Source: a virus
Lineage: Duplodnaviria > Caudoviricetes
Reading direction: 5' to 3' (one strand)
Length of the DNA: 59,340 nucleotides
IMG/VR virus record: IMGVR_UViG_3300038455_000058
Location: 1 to 59,340 of that record
The notes under the pieces are model-generated. The model saw nothing but the letters and a program-made list of their open reading frames with translations. It did no database searches and was not told where the DNA came from. Below are positions 1 through 8,990 of the stretch, piece by piece; positions within the stretch are counted from its first letter, which is position 1; each line of letters starts with the position of its first letter. The position numbers were made by a program, and so were the translations under genes.

Positions 1-68
1 GTAAAGCATGCAGGCAATCACATGAACTGCGCCGCTCTGGTCTCGGGATGCTCGGACGACGTTCCGAC

Positions 69-590
69 CTACTGATCGCACACGGGCAGGTGCATTACAT
101 ACAACGGGGCCTCGTCGTAGTTCCCATTGTGCGTGTCGGCGACGATTGAGATGATGGTGCACGCAAACCCGTCGTCCCTGATGTCTCCCAACGCGGCCCC
201 CTCGAAGCCAATGTAGGGAGGGAGGTAGCCTCCGTAGGAGTACCCAACAAGGACTCCATCTGTGGTGTTATAAAAGTACTGAAACCGGGTGGTAGTTTGC
301 TTTGGCGCCCAGCCGAGGCAGCGCCACCCGGTTTCGGCGTCCCCCGTGTCGAAGTCATCAGGCGCATATGCGTATGGGCCCCCAATCAGGTCGTCTTTCT
401 GCGCTGGCACTGGGGCTGCCGGATTGCAGATCGCCACGTCGCCAGTGCCTTCATAGTGGGCACGAGCAGCATCGACGATCTGTCGCACATTGTCGATGGC
501 GATCTGTTCATCGTCCTGCGGCGCTGGCGCCCTCCCCACCTCGCTCGAGCACCCCACCAGCACACACGCCGCAACAAGTAGACGTCGCAT
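69..590 (-). CDS. Lipoprotein with type IV pilin-like globular domain (moron)
   Basis: Lipobox MRRLLVAACVLVG-C, then motifs ICNPAAPVPA, DFDTGDAETGWRCL, FQYFY, FEGAALGD that recall Polyangiaceae PilA head domains; no class III prepilin leader. Confidence 0.7.
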   Translation of the reverse strand: MRRLLVAACVLVGCSSEVGRAPAPQDDEQIAIDNVRQIVDAARAHYEGTGDVAICNPAAPVPAQKDDLIGGPYAYAPDDFDTGDAETGWRCLGWAPKQTTTRFQYFYNTTDGVLVGYSYGGYLPPYIGFEGAALGDIRDDGFACTIISIVADTHNGNYDEAPLYVMHLPVCDQ

Positions 591-624
591 CGTCTCATCC
601 TACTCTCTGCGGGGCTCCCCGCCT

Positions 625-660
625 AGGCCCTCGGCGTCGTGCCGGGGGCCTTTACTTTTC
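625..660. terminator. Intrinsic terminator-like hairpin insulating the lipoprotein gene
   Basis: AGGCCCTCGGC-GTCGT-GCCGGGGGCCT stem followed by TTACTTTTC on +; lies right after the stop of ORF 652..837 on -. Confidence 0.5.
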
Positions 661-837
661 TGGGTCCTTGGGAGGCGCGCCATGGGCCTTCTCGTAGTGC
701 TCTACGGCGCCCTCTAGCTCGCGGGCCGTGTGCCACTCCCATCGGCTCCGGTCGTGCTCGCCGTTCTCCATGGCCTCGGCTTGGGACTTGCGCAGTCGCG
801 CGGCCTCGGCTCGCATCCACTCGATCGTTTCGTTCAT
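652..837 (-). CDS. Hypothetical phage protein
   Basis: GGAG SD, ATGA coupling with 834..1076. Confidence 0.6.
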   Translation of the reverse strand: MNETIEWMRAEAARLRKSQAEAMENGEHDRSRWEWHTARELEGAVEHYEKAHGAPPKDPEK

Positions 838-1076
838 GTCTCATCTCCCGGCGCCGGCTCGCCGGACCGGATGCGGGCGGCGATGTATGCGGCCGTGCCA
901 CACGGCGTGTATTCGCATTCGGAGAGCACCGCCTCCACGATCCGAACGCAGCGCTCGCGTTCGGCGGCGATGGCGGCGGCGATGCGCCCCTGTACTCGCT
1001 CTTCCTCGACGGCAGGGCATCCGGCTGCGCAGAACCAATCGCCATCGCTGCGGAAGCACCCTTTTATGTGGCTCAT
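834..1076 (-). CDS. Hypothetical phage protein (AIAAERERC motif)
   Basis: ATGA-coupled; AERERCVRIVE...IAARIR pattern common in phage early proteins. Confidence 0.6.
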   Translation of the reverse strand: MSHIKGCFRSDGDWFCAAGCPAVEEERVQGRIAAAIAAERERCVRIVEAVLSECEYTPCGTAAYIAARIRSGEPAPGDET

Positions 1077-1400
1077 CTCCCACCCTCCCCGTCGTCGCCC
1101 GACCGTGGGCCGGGGCAGGGGCCAACGTCCGTCGTTTTCAGGAAATCACACGCCTTGCAATATTCGCCAAACTTGTCCCAGATCCACACGTGCCTCCGCG
1201 GCACCGCGTGGATCTTGCCGTCTGGCCCGAGCTCCGCGCGGTCGCCGGGTTCGCATGGGGAGCCGATGAGGAAGGTTTGGGGCATCTTGAACCGCCCTAC
1301 GGTGCACCCGAAAACGCATCCCCTTGCATCGCAACCGTTCGCGTGCTTCTCGTCGTACACGTTCTCCTCCATCCCCGGCGCCAGTGAGGGCGGGCGGGGG

Positions 1401-1604
1401 TTACATCCGGCTCGCGTAGTACTCTTGCCAACGTTCATCCCACATCGCGTGGTGCTCCTCGGCGCAGTCTCGACAGAGCAAGAGTGGCGCGTTTGGGTCC
1501 GGCTCACCGGGCTCATGGTGGTACATGGTGCGCGAGTCTTCCCACCTGACACCCTCACGTGAGCCGCAACATTCGCACTCATCGTGACTCCGGCACGTGC
1601 TCAC
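1401..1604 (-). CDS. Small Cys-rich hypothetical protein
   Basis: CECC...LCRDC; GTG start after GGAGG. Confidence 0.5.
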   Translation of the reverse strand: MSTCRSHDECECCGSREGVRWEDSRTMYHHEPGEPDPNAPLLLCRDCAEEHHAMWDERWQEYYASRM

Positions 1605-1658
1605 GCTTCCTCCGCTCCCGCTCCAGCCACCGCGCAACAACCTCGGACCGCGACACCC

Positions 1659-1841
1659 CTACCGCTTGATCTTGTACTCCGCCTCCAACGATTCCAGCCC
1701 CCTCACCAGGGCCGCCCGGTGGGCGATGCTCACGTCCGATGCCAACCCCGGCACTTTGGCGGCGAGGACCTCTGCAAGGCGCTCCAGCCGCGCCACGATG
1801 GTCTCGTCGAGGCGGATGCCGAGTTGTTTGGTGGGGCTCAT
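1659..1841 (-). CDS. Ribbon-helix-helix DNA-binding protein
   Basis: KQLGIRLDETIVARLERLAE...AALVRGL strand-helix-helix pattern. Confidence 0.6.
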   Translation of the reverse strand: MSPTKQLGIRLDETIVARLERLAEVLAAKVPGLASDVSIAHRAALVRGLESLEAEYKIKR

Positions 1842-2033
1842 CTGCGAGCCCCACGACGCATCGCCCGAATCGGGCGCCGCCCCTCGCGCAGCGAATCCTG
1901 TCCACACTGTGGGCAGTGTGTCTCTATGTAAGGAGAGTTGATCTCTCCGCTCCAGCACGCCCTCGCGCGAGAGCAATAGTAAACTCTCTTGGTCATGGAC
2001 ACGGGCCAGGGGGTCTTGATCATGACCATCTCC

Positions 2034-2228
2034 TCAGTGCGTCAGGGTCCCGCGAATCTCGAAGCAATCCACGGACTCGACACGAACATGCGTGCGCCAG
2101 CCTGCCGCGTTGCCGAGGCCCGTCACGAAGAGTGCGCCGTCGGCACGCACGCCCTCAACGCGGACGCCGTAGCGGGCGAAACCGGTCACCAGCACCATCT
2201 CGCGACCCACCAGGTTCGTCGTCTTCAT
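2034..2228 (-). CDS. Hypothetical protein, leaderless
   Basis: TAGGTT 6 nt before ATG. Confidence 0.5.
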   Translation of the reverse strand: MKTTNLVGREMVLVTGFARYGVRVEGVRADGALFVTGLGNAAGWRTHVRVESVDCFEIRGTLTH

Positions 2229-2382
2229 GTGCAGAACCTATTGCACTCCCCGTGCCACCGTCCAGCAACGCTAACCATCGGTAATCTTCGCTCGACAACG
2301 CTGTTCAGTATGACACGGCAACGGCACGGTCCATGCGCCACGGGAAAACCGGCATGACATCGGTGTCACTGCTATGCAACGT

Positions 2383-2553
2383 TTACCGATGCTGAACACG
2401 GCGGCGTTCTGCCTCGACGAGGCGGCTCACAATCTCGGACCGCGACACCCCCGCCGCGGTGGCGAGGGTGGTTAGGAACTCGACCAGGCCCCGCGGTAGG
2501 GTCAGGTCCAGGCGCACGCGCACGGCCTCGGGGGGCAGGCGGGGGCGAGGCAT
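2383..2553 (-). CDS. CopG/RHH DNA-binding protein
   Basis: MPRPRLP...RLDLTLP...AGVSRSEIVSRLV. Confidence 0.65.
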   Translation of the reverse strand: MPRPRLPPEAVRVRLDLTLPRGLVEFLTTLATAAGVSRSEIVSRLVEAERRRVQHR

Positions 2554-2740
2554 CAGGTGTCCCTCCGAATCCACTTCCCGCCGCAGAACTCGAACCCGTT
2601 GGACTTGAGCCATGCACGCTCGGCATCGGTTGCTGGACCGTCCAAGCGCACGACCCATCCGTACACGTGACGGGAGTGCGGAGGATTCCCGCTAAGCACT
2701 CGACGCCTGGGGTGCGACGCCTGGATACTTTCGGGGAAGT

Positions 2741-2908
2741 TCACTTGACCTGCTCCGAGCTGCCGTAGCAGTTCACGATGCGGATCCCGAGAGAGTCCGA
2801 CCAATAGGCGCGCGCCTCCTTGAGGGCCTCCTCGCGCGAAAGCCGGTAACCCTTCGTCACGGCCTTGAAGTGCTCCGTCCCCCAAAACTTGACTTCCACA
2901 TTCCACAT
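2741..2908 (-). CDS. Hypothetical protein, leaderless
   Basis: ATG 7 nt after TATTAT -10. Confidence 0.5.
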   Translation of the reverse strand: MWNVEVKFWGTEHFKAVTKGYRLSREEALKEARAYWSDSLGIRIVNCYGSSEQVK

Positions 2909-2915
2909 GCCAGGG

Positions 2916-2943
2916 ATAATAATCCCTGCGTATCCCGTGTCAA
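2916..2943 (-). promoter_or_regulatory. Sigma70-type promoter
   Basis: TTGACA-16 nt-TATTAT on minus strand, with GGGAT direct repeats in the spacer. Confidence 0.6.
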
Positions 2944-2984
2944 GGGCCCGGGGCCCATTCCAGGTCAATCCGCCCCACGACGGT

Positions 2985-3034
2985 CCCAAACCTACGGATA
3001 ACGCTACGGAATTGCACTGGTAGGCATAGTTGGG
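2985..3034. other. Candidate attP for serine integrase
   Basis: 50-bp non-coding imperfect inverted repeat (CCCAAACCTA...TAGTTGGG) downstream of integrase. Confidence 0.25.
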
Positions 3035-3043
3035 GTCCTCAGC

Positions 3044-3553
3044 TCAGTCCGCCCCACGCGGGTCTCCTGCAAGCTCCTGGGTCAGCGCGATCAGTTCCTC
3101 CGTTGGTTCGAACCACTCGCCGTTGTGGGCCATGCGCGCGCCAGCGAAGGCTCGTTGCAGCGCACGCTCAAGCTTCGGGCCGCCGGGCAAGACGCAGAGC
3201 AGACGCATGCGGCGGCCCGCGGATCCTGTTTGCAGAGCGTAGAGACGCGTCTTCTGGTTTTTAGCCCGGCCGATCTTGATGGCTCCAGCTTCCCCGTCCT
3301 GGATGAAGTAGACGTAGGTGCTCGGCTGCCCAGGCCTCTGGCCTTCTACAGACGCAGGATTCGAGATGCGCTCCCAAGCGTAGGCTACGGCCCTCTCAGC
3401 GGCCTCACGCGTGTCGTGGAGCCCTAAGCTGATTCGTTGCCCACCTACGCGGATGCGTGCTCTGAACCGCGAACCAAGCTGGCATACGCCGCCCCTGGGG
3501 CGCCTCATCGGAGCCGGCTCTCTTAGATTCTCTGGAGATAAAAGATCACTCAT
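3044..3553 (-). CDS. T5orf172/GIY-YIG-like nuclease with N-terminal AP2-like domain
   Basis: FRARIRVGGQRISLGLHDTREAA (AP2-like); YVYFIQ...IKIGRA...RLYALQTG...GEWF (T5orf172); start taken at MSDLL. Confidence 0.75.
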   Translation of the reverse strand: MSDLLSPENLREPAPMRRPRGGVCQLGSRFRARIRVGGQRISLGLHDTREAAERAVAYAWERISNPASVEGQRPGQPSTYVYFIQDGEAGAIKIGRAKNQKTRLYALQTGSAGRRMRLLCVLPGGPKLERALQRAFAGARMAHNGEWFEPTEELIALTQELAGDPRGAD

Positions 3554-3594
3554 ATCACGTTCAGTATAAGACGGACGCCGCACTTCGCAACAGA

Positions 3595-5082
3595 CTAGAT
3601 CGCCTTCCATTCGGCCTCTAGGCGCCATGTCCCCGTCCGTTGCCACTTGGCCCGAGCGGTAGAGTAGACACTCAGCCGGCTGGCGAGACGGGCTATCTTG
3701 GCGCGCTTCTCGGCAGTGGTGAGCGAGCCCCAGGCCGCCCGTACCTGGACGACGCTGGCGAGGACGGCGCGCCTATCTGTTGCCGTCTGTGCTGGGTGGT
3801 CTTCCTGGACTGCGCGCTCGCGCTCCACATCCTCGATGCCAGTCCGTATCTCGTCGAGTGTCTCACGGGCTTCCTCGTCGGACACAACGCCGCTGGCCAC
3901 CTTGCCCATGACGGTACGGCGCATCTTGAGGAGCGTCTCCTTGCGCTTGTCGTACTCATCCATCTTGGGTGGCGGTGGGACGCGCTTGGGCTTCGCCAGC
4001 TCGGCCGCTGACGCTTCCAGGTGTGCGAGCGCCAGCTTGTCCACGGCCGCGTCTAGCTCCGCGTGGCGCACAAGCGGCCCACGTTCGCACCTGTTTTCAT
4101 TCCCGTCCTGCCTGCGGCACATGTAGTAGCCGCCGTGTGTCACCGAGCCGCCGGGGGTGGGGGAGTGGCTGCGCATCACGTAGCCGCAGTGACCGCACCG
4201 CACGATGCCTCGCAGTAGGAAGTCCGCCGTCCTAGACTCATCGCTACCAGGTCGGCCGAGACACCTCCTACGTGAGAGCGTCTCCTGTGCTTGGCGCCAC
4301 GTCGCGCGGTCCACGATCGGCGGGTGGGATTCGATCCACTGGTCGCCAGGTTTGGCCGCCACACCCTTCTTGGCGGTGGGTCGCATCTCGCCGAGGTAGA
4401 CGCGGTTCCGAAGCTTGCGTGCGATGGCCGCTGGATCCAGGCCGCCGACGTCCGGATACGAATTCTCCAGCGCCGCTGATATCTCGCGCGTGGACTTGCC
4501 TGCGATGCACATGGCAAACATCCGCCGCACGATGGCCGCCTTGGCATCATCGATCGCGATGGTCCTCTCGGTCCGCTCCGCCCTGTATCCGAACGGCACG
4601 GCTCCCTCTACGAACTTCCCCATGGCCCGCAGCCGGCGCCTAGCGCCAACGGTGCGGTCACGGATGCGCGCGTGCTCCAGCTCGGCGACGTTGGCCATGG
4701 TGGCCGCCGCAAACTTGCCTTCTGGGGTGGATGGGTCGAACCGCTCGGCGATGGAGAAGAACCGCGCACCGCGCGAGATGATCTGCTCAACTGACTGGAG
4801 GTAGAAGAGCGTGTATCGGCTCCAGCGGTCTTGCTTGGAACACAGGACGAGATCCCCATCCCTGACATCGGCGAGCAGCCTGTGGAGTTCCAGCCGCTTC
4901 TCAAGCTTCTCCTGGCCGCCGCCCTCTACTTCGATGTAGACGCGTGGCTTCGGGTAGCCGCTGGTAGCGCAGTACCTGTCAAACTCTTCTTGCTGCGCCT
5001 CGAGTGAGGTGCCGCGCTCGTCTTGTTGTGTGCTGCTGACCCTGGCGTACGCGAGGACGCGCTTTGGCTTTTGCTGTCGCAT
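3595..5082 (-). CDS. Large serine recombinase (integrase)
   Basis: YARVSS catalytic motif, DRWSR, PFGY, H-PIVD--W recombinase domain, LLRGIVRCGHCG Zn ribbon, coiled coil. Confidence 0.95.
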   Translation of the reverse strand: MRQQKPKRVLAYARVSSTQQDERGTSLEAQQEEFDRYCATSGYPKPRVYIEVEGGGQEKLEKRLELHRLLADVRDGDLVLCSKQDRWSRYTLFYLQSVEQIISRGARFFSIAERFDPSTPEGKFAAATMANVAELEHARIRDRTVGARRRLRAMGKFVEGAVPFGYRAERTERTIAIDDAKAAIVRRMFAMCIAGKSTREISAALENSYPDVGGLDPAAIARKLRNRVYLGEMRPTAKKGVAAKPGDQWIESHPPIVDRATWRQAQETLSRRRCLGRPGSDESRTADFLLRGIVRCGHCGYVMRSHSPTPGGSVTHGGYYMCRRQDGNENRCERGPLVRHAELDAAVDKLALAHLEASAAELAKPKRVPPPPKMDEYDKRKETLLKMRRTVMGKVASGVVSDEEARETLDEIRTGIEDVERERAVQEDHPAQTATDRRAVLASVVQVRAAWGSLTTAEKRAKIARLASRLSVYSTARAKWQRTGTWRLEAEWKAI

Positions 5083-5183
5083 CGGTCCAACCCGCGCAGC
5101 AATACCACACGCAACTCCTCCAGGTCATCCTCTGAGAGCCGGTCAGGTGCTACTAGAGGAAGTGCCGCTGCGCGTGTGTTCAT
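4926..5183 (-). CDS. Small ORF overlapping integrase 5' end
   Basis: AGAGGA SD; amphipathic first 35 aa; overlaps integrase by 157 nt. Confidence 0.35.
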   Translation of the reverse strand: MNTRAAALPLVAPDRLSEDDLEELRVVLLRGLDRCDSKSQSASSRTPGSAAHNKTSAAPHSRRSKKSLTGTALPAATRSHASTSK

Positions 5184-5239
5184 GGATCCTCTTGACGGCG
5201 GTGACGGTACCTCGGTAGCGCGCGGTCATGGGCGGGAGT

Positions 5240-5431
5240 CTACGGCGCCCCAGCGTCGAGGCAAGGTACCACCCGGTGGAACCCACAACAGCGGCACACC
5301 TTGTGAAGATGCTCCGTCTTGTGGCCAGAGTCGCACCCATCGAAGTCACAATATTTGGTGGTCTCACCCGCCTCCGAACCACACTTTGGACAGACCGCCG
5401 TGGCCGCATCGCGATAGGGGCTAGGCGACAT
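5240..5431 (-). CDS. Small Zn-finger protein
   Basis: CPKCG...HLHKVCRCCG. Confidence 0.55.
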   Translation of the reverse strand: MSPSPYRDAATAVCPKCGSEAGETTKYCDFDGCDSGHKTEHLHKVCRCCGFHRVVPCLDAGAP

Positions 5432-6359
5432 CCTCATCCTCCATGGCGAGCGCATCCGCGCCATCACACGCGCACGACCATGGCTCCGACTTGGGCTTGA
5501 GTTCCTGAATCACGATCAGTTTCCTCCGTCTCTCATCGAGTCCGGCTGGTCGTGCCACGATGCAGTCACCGCGCGTTATCGATTCTCGGATCTGCATCCT
5601 GGCCGGCGCTTCAGCTAGTACCTGTGCATAGGACGTTCGACCACGGCGCATCGGAGCGTAGTCCCTCTCGATGGCCAACCATCGCTCGGCACCTGTCTCC
5701 GGATCGAGGAGGGCCGTAGCAAGGTCTCGCTCGTCCTTCATGAAGCACGCCTTACAGTTGCCAAGATGCTCTGGGATCTCTAGGTCGTATGGCTTGGCAC
5801 GCCACCACGAGATCACATCCGGCTTCGTGATGCCCGCGTCATATAGCGGGAACTGGATGTCAACGTTTCGCCGAGCCGAGGCGCGCTGCTTGCGCACCCG
5901 GTCAGGCTCATCGAATCGGAGCCCAACGTAATCCGTATACACTTCCCAGCCAAGTGACTGTGCATAGCGGTGCTTCGTCTTGATTTTGAGGTGAGCGGTG
6001 CACACACGCCGCCCAGCCCATGGCGCGATGGGCGGCTCCGGGGTTTCCTTCTGGGCGCGGAATGCGGCGAACATCTCCAGAAGTTCGTGTAACGGCTCTC
6101 CCTTTCTTGATAGTTCGGCGTGGGACACCTCCTCGAAACCGGCCAGGCGTGGCGGATCGCCACGATTCGGTGGTGGGCGCCATTCCAGGCGAACGATCGG
6201 CCTCTTCAGATCATCTTCCAGGCGGCAAAGAAACTCCAGCGTCTTCTCGTGCTCTTCGCCGGTGTTCTGAAACGTAAGTATCGTGTCGGCCGGCAGCATG
6301 AACGCCATGCGAGCCGATGTCCTTCCGCCGGAAATGCCGGCGAGGGAGTGCCAGCTCAC
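5421..6359 (-). CDS. PAPS-reductase-like (PP-loop) phage protein
   Basis: SGGRTS PP-loop, NTGEEH, CTAHLKIK, VGLRFDE..R, FPL, GNCKACFMK. Confidence 0.8.
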   Translation of the reverse strand: MSWHSLAGISGGRTSARMAFMLPADTILTFQNTGEEHEKTLEFLCRLEDDLKRPIVRLEWRPPPNRGDPPRLAGFEEVSHAELSRKGEPLHELLEMFAAFRAQKETPEPPIAPWAGRRVCTAHLKIKTKHRYAQSLGWEVYTDYVGLRFDEPDRVRKQRASARRNVDIQFPLYDAGITKPDVISWWRAKPYDLEIPEHLGNCKACFMKDERDLATALLDPETGAERWLAIERDYAPMRRGRTSYAQVLAEAPARMQIRESITRGDCIVARPAGLDERRRKLIVIQELKPKSEPWSCACDGADALAMEDEDVA

Positions 6360-6583
6360 GTCCCCTCTCCCTTCCTCCCCAGTCTCTTGCTCACCCGCGC
6401 AACATCCTCTGCCCGTGCCGGCCGCGGGGCGCGGATGAGCTGGGGTTTGCGGATGGGGTCAGGCGGGAAGCGCTTGAGGTACTCGGCGAGGAGCTCATCG
6501 GCCGCGAGTGCGTGGCTCAGCATAGTGTCGTACTCTCCGAGCGCCGCCGCGGCGAACCGGACCCAGGCTTCGGCGGGGGTCAT
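6356..6583 (-). CDS. Hypothetical phage protein
   Basis: Coupled by 4-nt overlaps on both sides. Confidence 0.55.
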   Translation of the reverse strand: MTPAEAWVRFAAAALGEYDTMLSHALAADELLAEYLKRFPPDPIRKPQLIRAPRPARAEDVARVSKRLGRKGEGT

Positions 6584-7308
6584 GAGTCGTCCCCCGTCGT
6601 GTCGCCGAGGGCGGCGCGGGCGGCCATCACCTTCTCATCGCGCTCCTCCTCCCGGAGCAGCCGGTCAATCTCCGCAGCGATCAGCGCTCCAGCTTTCGTC
6701 AGTAGAGCGATGCGATCGGCGCGCGTGGCTGTCTCTGGCGCCACTACGTTGCCGTCGTTCGGGTGAGGGCGCTTGTCGTACCGCTGGTCCCATGGCCACG
6801 GATCGCGAAACGTCTCACCAGCCGCAAAGACGTGGCGCTCGAAAATTCGAGTCGGTGCGGCGTAGCAGGCCGCGGCCATGGCAAGACTGCCATCCTTGTG
6901 ATGGTCATCGTGGTCGATGTCGTAGCCCTCGCCGGTGATCTGGCGCGCCAGCTCAGTAGCGATGCGCTCGGCACCGCTTGGGACAGTTCGCGCGCCACCG
7001 ACCGCGGCGCGGGCCTCGTCTATCCAACTATCACCAGCCGGCCAGCGCCCGACATCGACCAGGTAGTGATTGGACCACTCCAGCACTCGGCGCAGCAACG
7101 CCCGCGCCTCGTCCCTCTCCCGCGTCCGCTCCGCCAGCTCGGCGGTGAGGGCGTCGACGTGGCGCAGGAGGGCGGCGCGGTCGGCGTGGCCCGCGGCCCC
7201 ATGGCGGTATGCCCAACGCGCCTCCGTCATGGTGGCGCGCGACACGCCAGCGGAGACGCCGCGCTTCCGGATCTCGGCGAGCTCGGCGGGCGTGAGCGTA
7301 GTAGTCAT
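6580..7308 (-). CDS. Conserved phage protein (HDD...WPW...AGALIAAEIDRL domain)
   Basis: Recognisable widespread phage domain; function unknown. Confidence 0.7.
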   Translation of the reverse strand: MTTTLTPAELAEIRKRGVSAGVSRATMTEARWAYRHGAAGHADRAALLRHVDALTAELAERTRERDEARALLRRVLEWSNHYLVDVGRWPAGDSWIDEARAAVGGARTVPSGAERIATELARQITGEGYDIDHDDHHKDGSLAMAAACYAAPTRIFERHVFAAGETFRDPWPWDQRYDKRPHPNDGNVVAPETATRADRIALLTKAGALIAAEIDRLLREEERDEKVMAARAALGDTTGDDS

Positions 7309-7740
7309 CGGCTTCTCTCCCTCCGCCACCGCGCCCGCTCGGCGCGCATGAAGCTGACGATGGCGCAGTGCACATGGTGCACCAACAGCCCCATGTCATC
7401 GTCGCTGAGCTGGCCGCGCCTATGGTTGAAGCTGTCGGCCGCGGACCACGCCGCGCGCCGAATGCGCTCGTGCTGTGTCTGGCGGCGGGTCATTCGTCCT
7501 CCGGCGACCAGCACCCGTCAGCCAGCACAATCCGTCCAGCGACACGCTCAAGTCTGGCGATTGCTAGGCTCGGAGTGCGCCCCTCGCCGCAGATCCAAGG
7601 CCCATCGTTCGTGCCGATACCGAAAACGGCATCTCCGCCCGAGACGCCGGAGATCTTCTCGGCATCAATGCGGCTGATCGAGTAGCACGCCCTCCACATT
7701 CGCGGGCCCATCTGGTACAGGCCGATCGTCGGCTTATCGC

Positions 7741-8652
7741 TCACCGCCCGCCCTCCTCGCAGTACGGCGCACCACAACCGGCGCAGGCGGTTCGCCTCAA
7801 CCCTGCAGGTCGCATCGAGCAGTCGCCGGGCACGCACCCGTGGTCTCGATCCGTGGCAAACTCCCACCCGCACCGGTCGCACCTGTTGCAGTGCCCGCGC
7901 GGGACCGTGGCAGGCCCATACGCCGCCGCCCCAGGGCCCACGAAGATGCCATGGCGGACGTCGGGCTCGACGGGTGCGGCACTGCCTCGGCGAACGCTCT
8001 CCTCGATTATGTGCGCCGTCGACGAGCCATCGACGTCTCTCGCGTCGCGGCATCGATCGTGGACGTACCGAGCAACGCCGGCGCACCGCTCCTGCTCGGC
8101 AGCACGGCCGGCTTCGTGGGCGCGGCGGAGCAACGCAACCAACGCCTCGCGTCCTCCGGCGCGTGAGAGGACGTGGGTCCAGTCCCGGTCATAGATGTTG
8201 GCCTCTCGCTCCACATCGAACGCCGGCGCCGCGGCGGGCTGCGGCTCCCCTGGCCTCGGGAAGGCGATCCTCGCCTGTCGCTCGCCCCCCGCGATCGCGG
8301 CTCGGATGTCGTGGTCGAACCACGCCCCCGAGTCCGGATCGCTCGGGGGAGTTATTCGTCCGGCGCCCGAAGGCACCGACCCCGCCGCCTTCCGGTCGGC
8401 AGCATCCTCCGAACGATCCGGGCTCAGAGGCGCGTCGAGGGCGGCGAGGACCATGCTGCGCGCGATCTCGCCGAGCGCAGTATTGCCGAACAGCGCCCGC
8501 ACCTGCTCGCGGCACCACTCGAGCGTGCGGGCGTGCTGCGCGCTGGCGACGGCATGGGCGAAGCTGTTGCCATCGGCGGTCTCGTATGCGTCTCTCCAGA
8601 TCTGGTAGGCGCGCTCGGGCGTCATCAGCGGCCCCTTCGTGTCACCCATCAC
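7741..8652 (-). CDS. Hypothetical phage protein with C-terminal Cys cluster
   Basis: Coupled overlaps; CNRCDRCG, CAGCG. Confidence 0.6.
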   Translation of the reverse strand: MMGDTKGPLMTPERAYQIWRDAYETADGNSFAHAVASAQHARTLEWCREQVRALFGNTALGEIARSMVLAALDAPLSPDRSEDAADRKAAGSVPSGAGRITPPSDPDSGAWFDHDIRAAIAGGERQARIAFPRPGEPQPAAAPAFDVEREANIYDRDWTHVLSRAGGREALVALLRRAHEAGRAAEQERCAGVARYVHDRCRDARDVDGSSTAHIIEESVRRGSAAPVEPDVRHGIFVGPGAAAYGPATVPRGHCNRCDRCGWEFATDRDHGCVPGDCSMRPAGLRRTACAGCGAPYCEEGGR

Positions 8653-8990
8653 ATCTCCTCCCTCTCCGCCAACAGCGCATCTCTCTCAGCCGCTGCGGCG
8701 AGTGCGGCTAGGCGCCATTCGTCGCGCGAGGATTCGGCGGCGCGAAGACGCCGGATGAGATCGAGCATTGTGGACGGTCTGGCCTCAGATACGTACTCAC
8801 GATCCTCGACGCTCATCCAGAGCGGCTCACCGCCAACTCCGGCGATGATCGTTCGGTCGTCGAAGGTTCGGCATCTGAGCTCGCCGCAGCCGTAGTCCTC
8901 CCAGATCCACTCGCCGAGCGTTGCTGAGGCGGCCACGCACTCCAGTTCATCCAGGTTCACGCCATCCTCCTCGCGCGGTGGTGGGGTCAA
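8649..8990 (-). CDS. Ead/Ea22-like phage protein
   Basis: LDELE..A..AT.GEW...D..Y...ARP.TMLDLI pattern. Confidence 0.6.
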   Translation of the reverse strand: MTPPPREEDGVNLDELECVAASATLGEWIWEDYGCGELRCRTFDDRTIIAGVGGEPLWMSVEDREYVSEARPSTMLDLIRRLRAAESSRDEWRLAALAAAAERDALLAEREEM

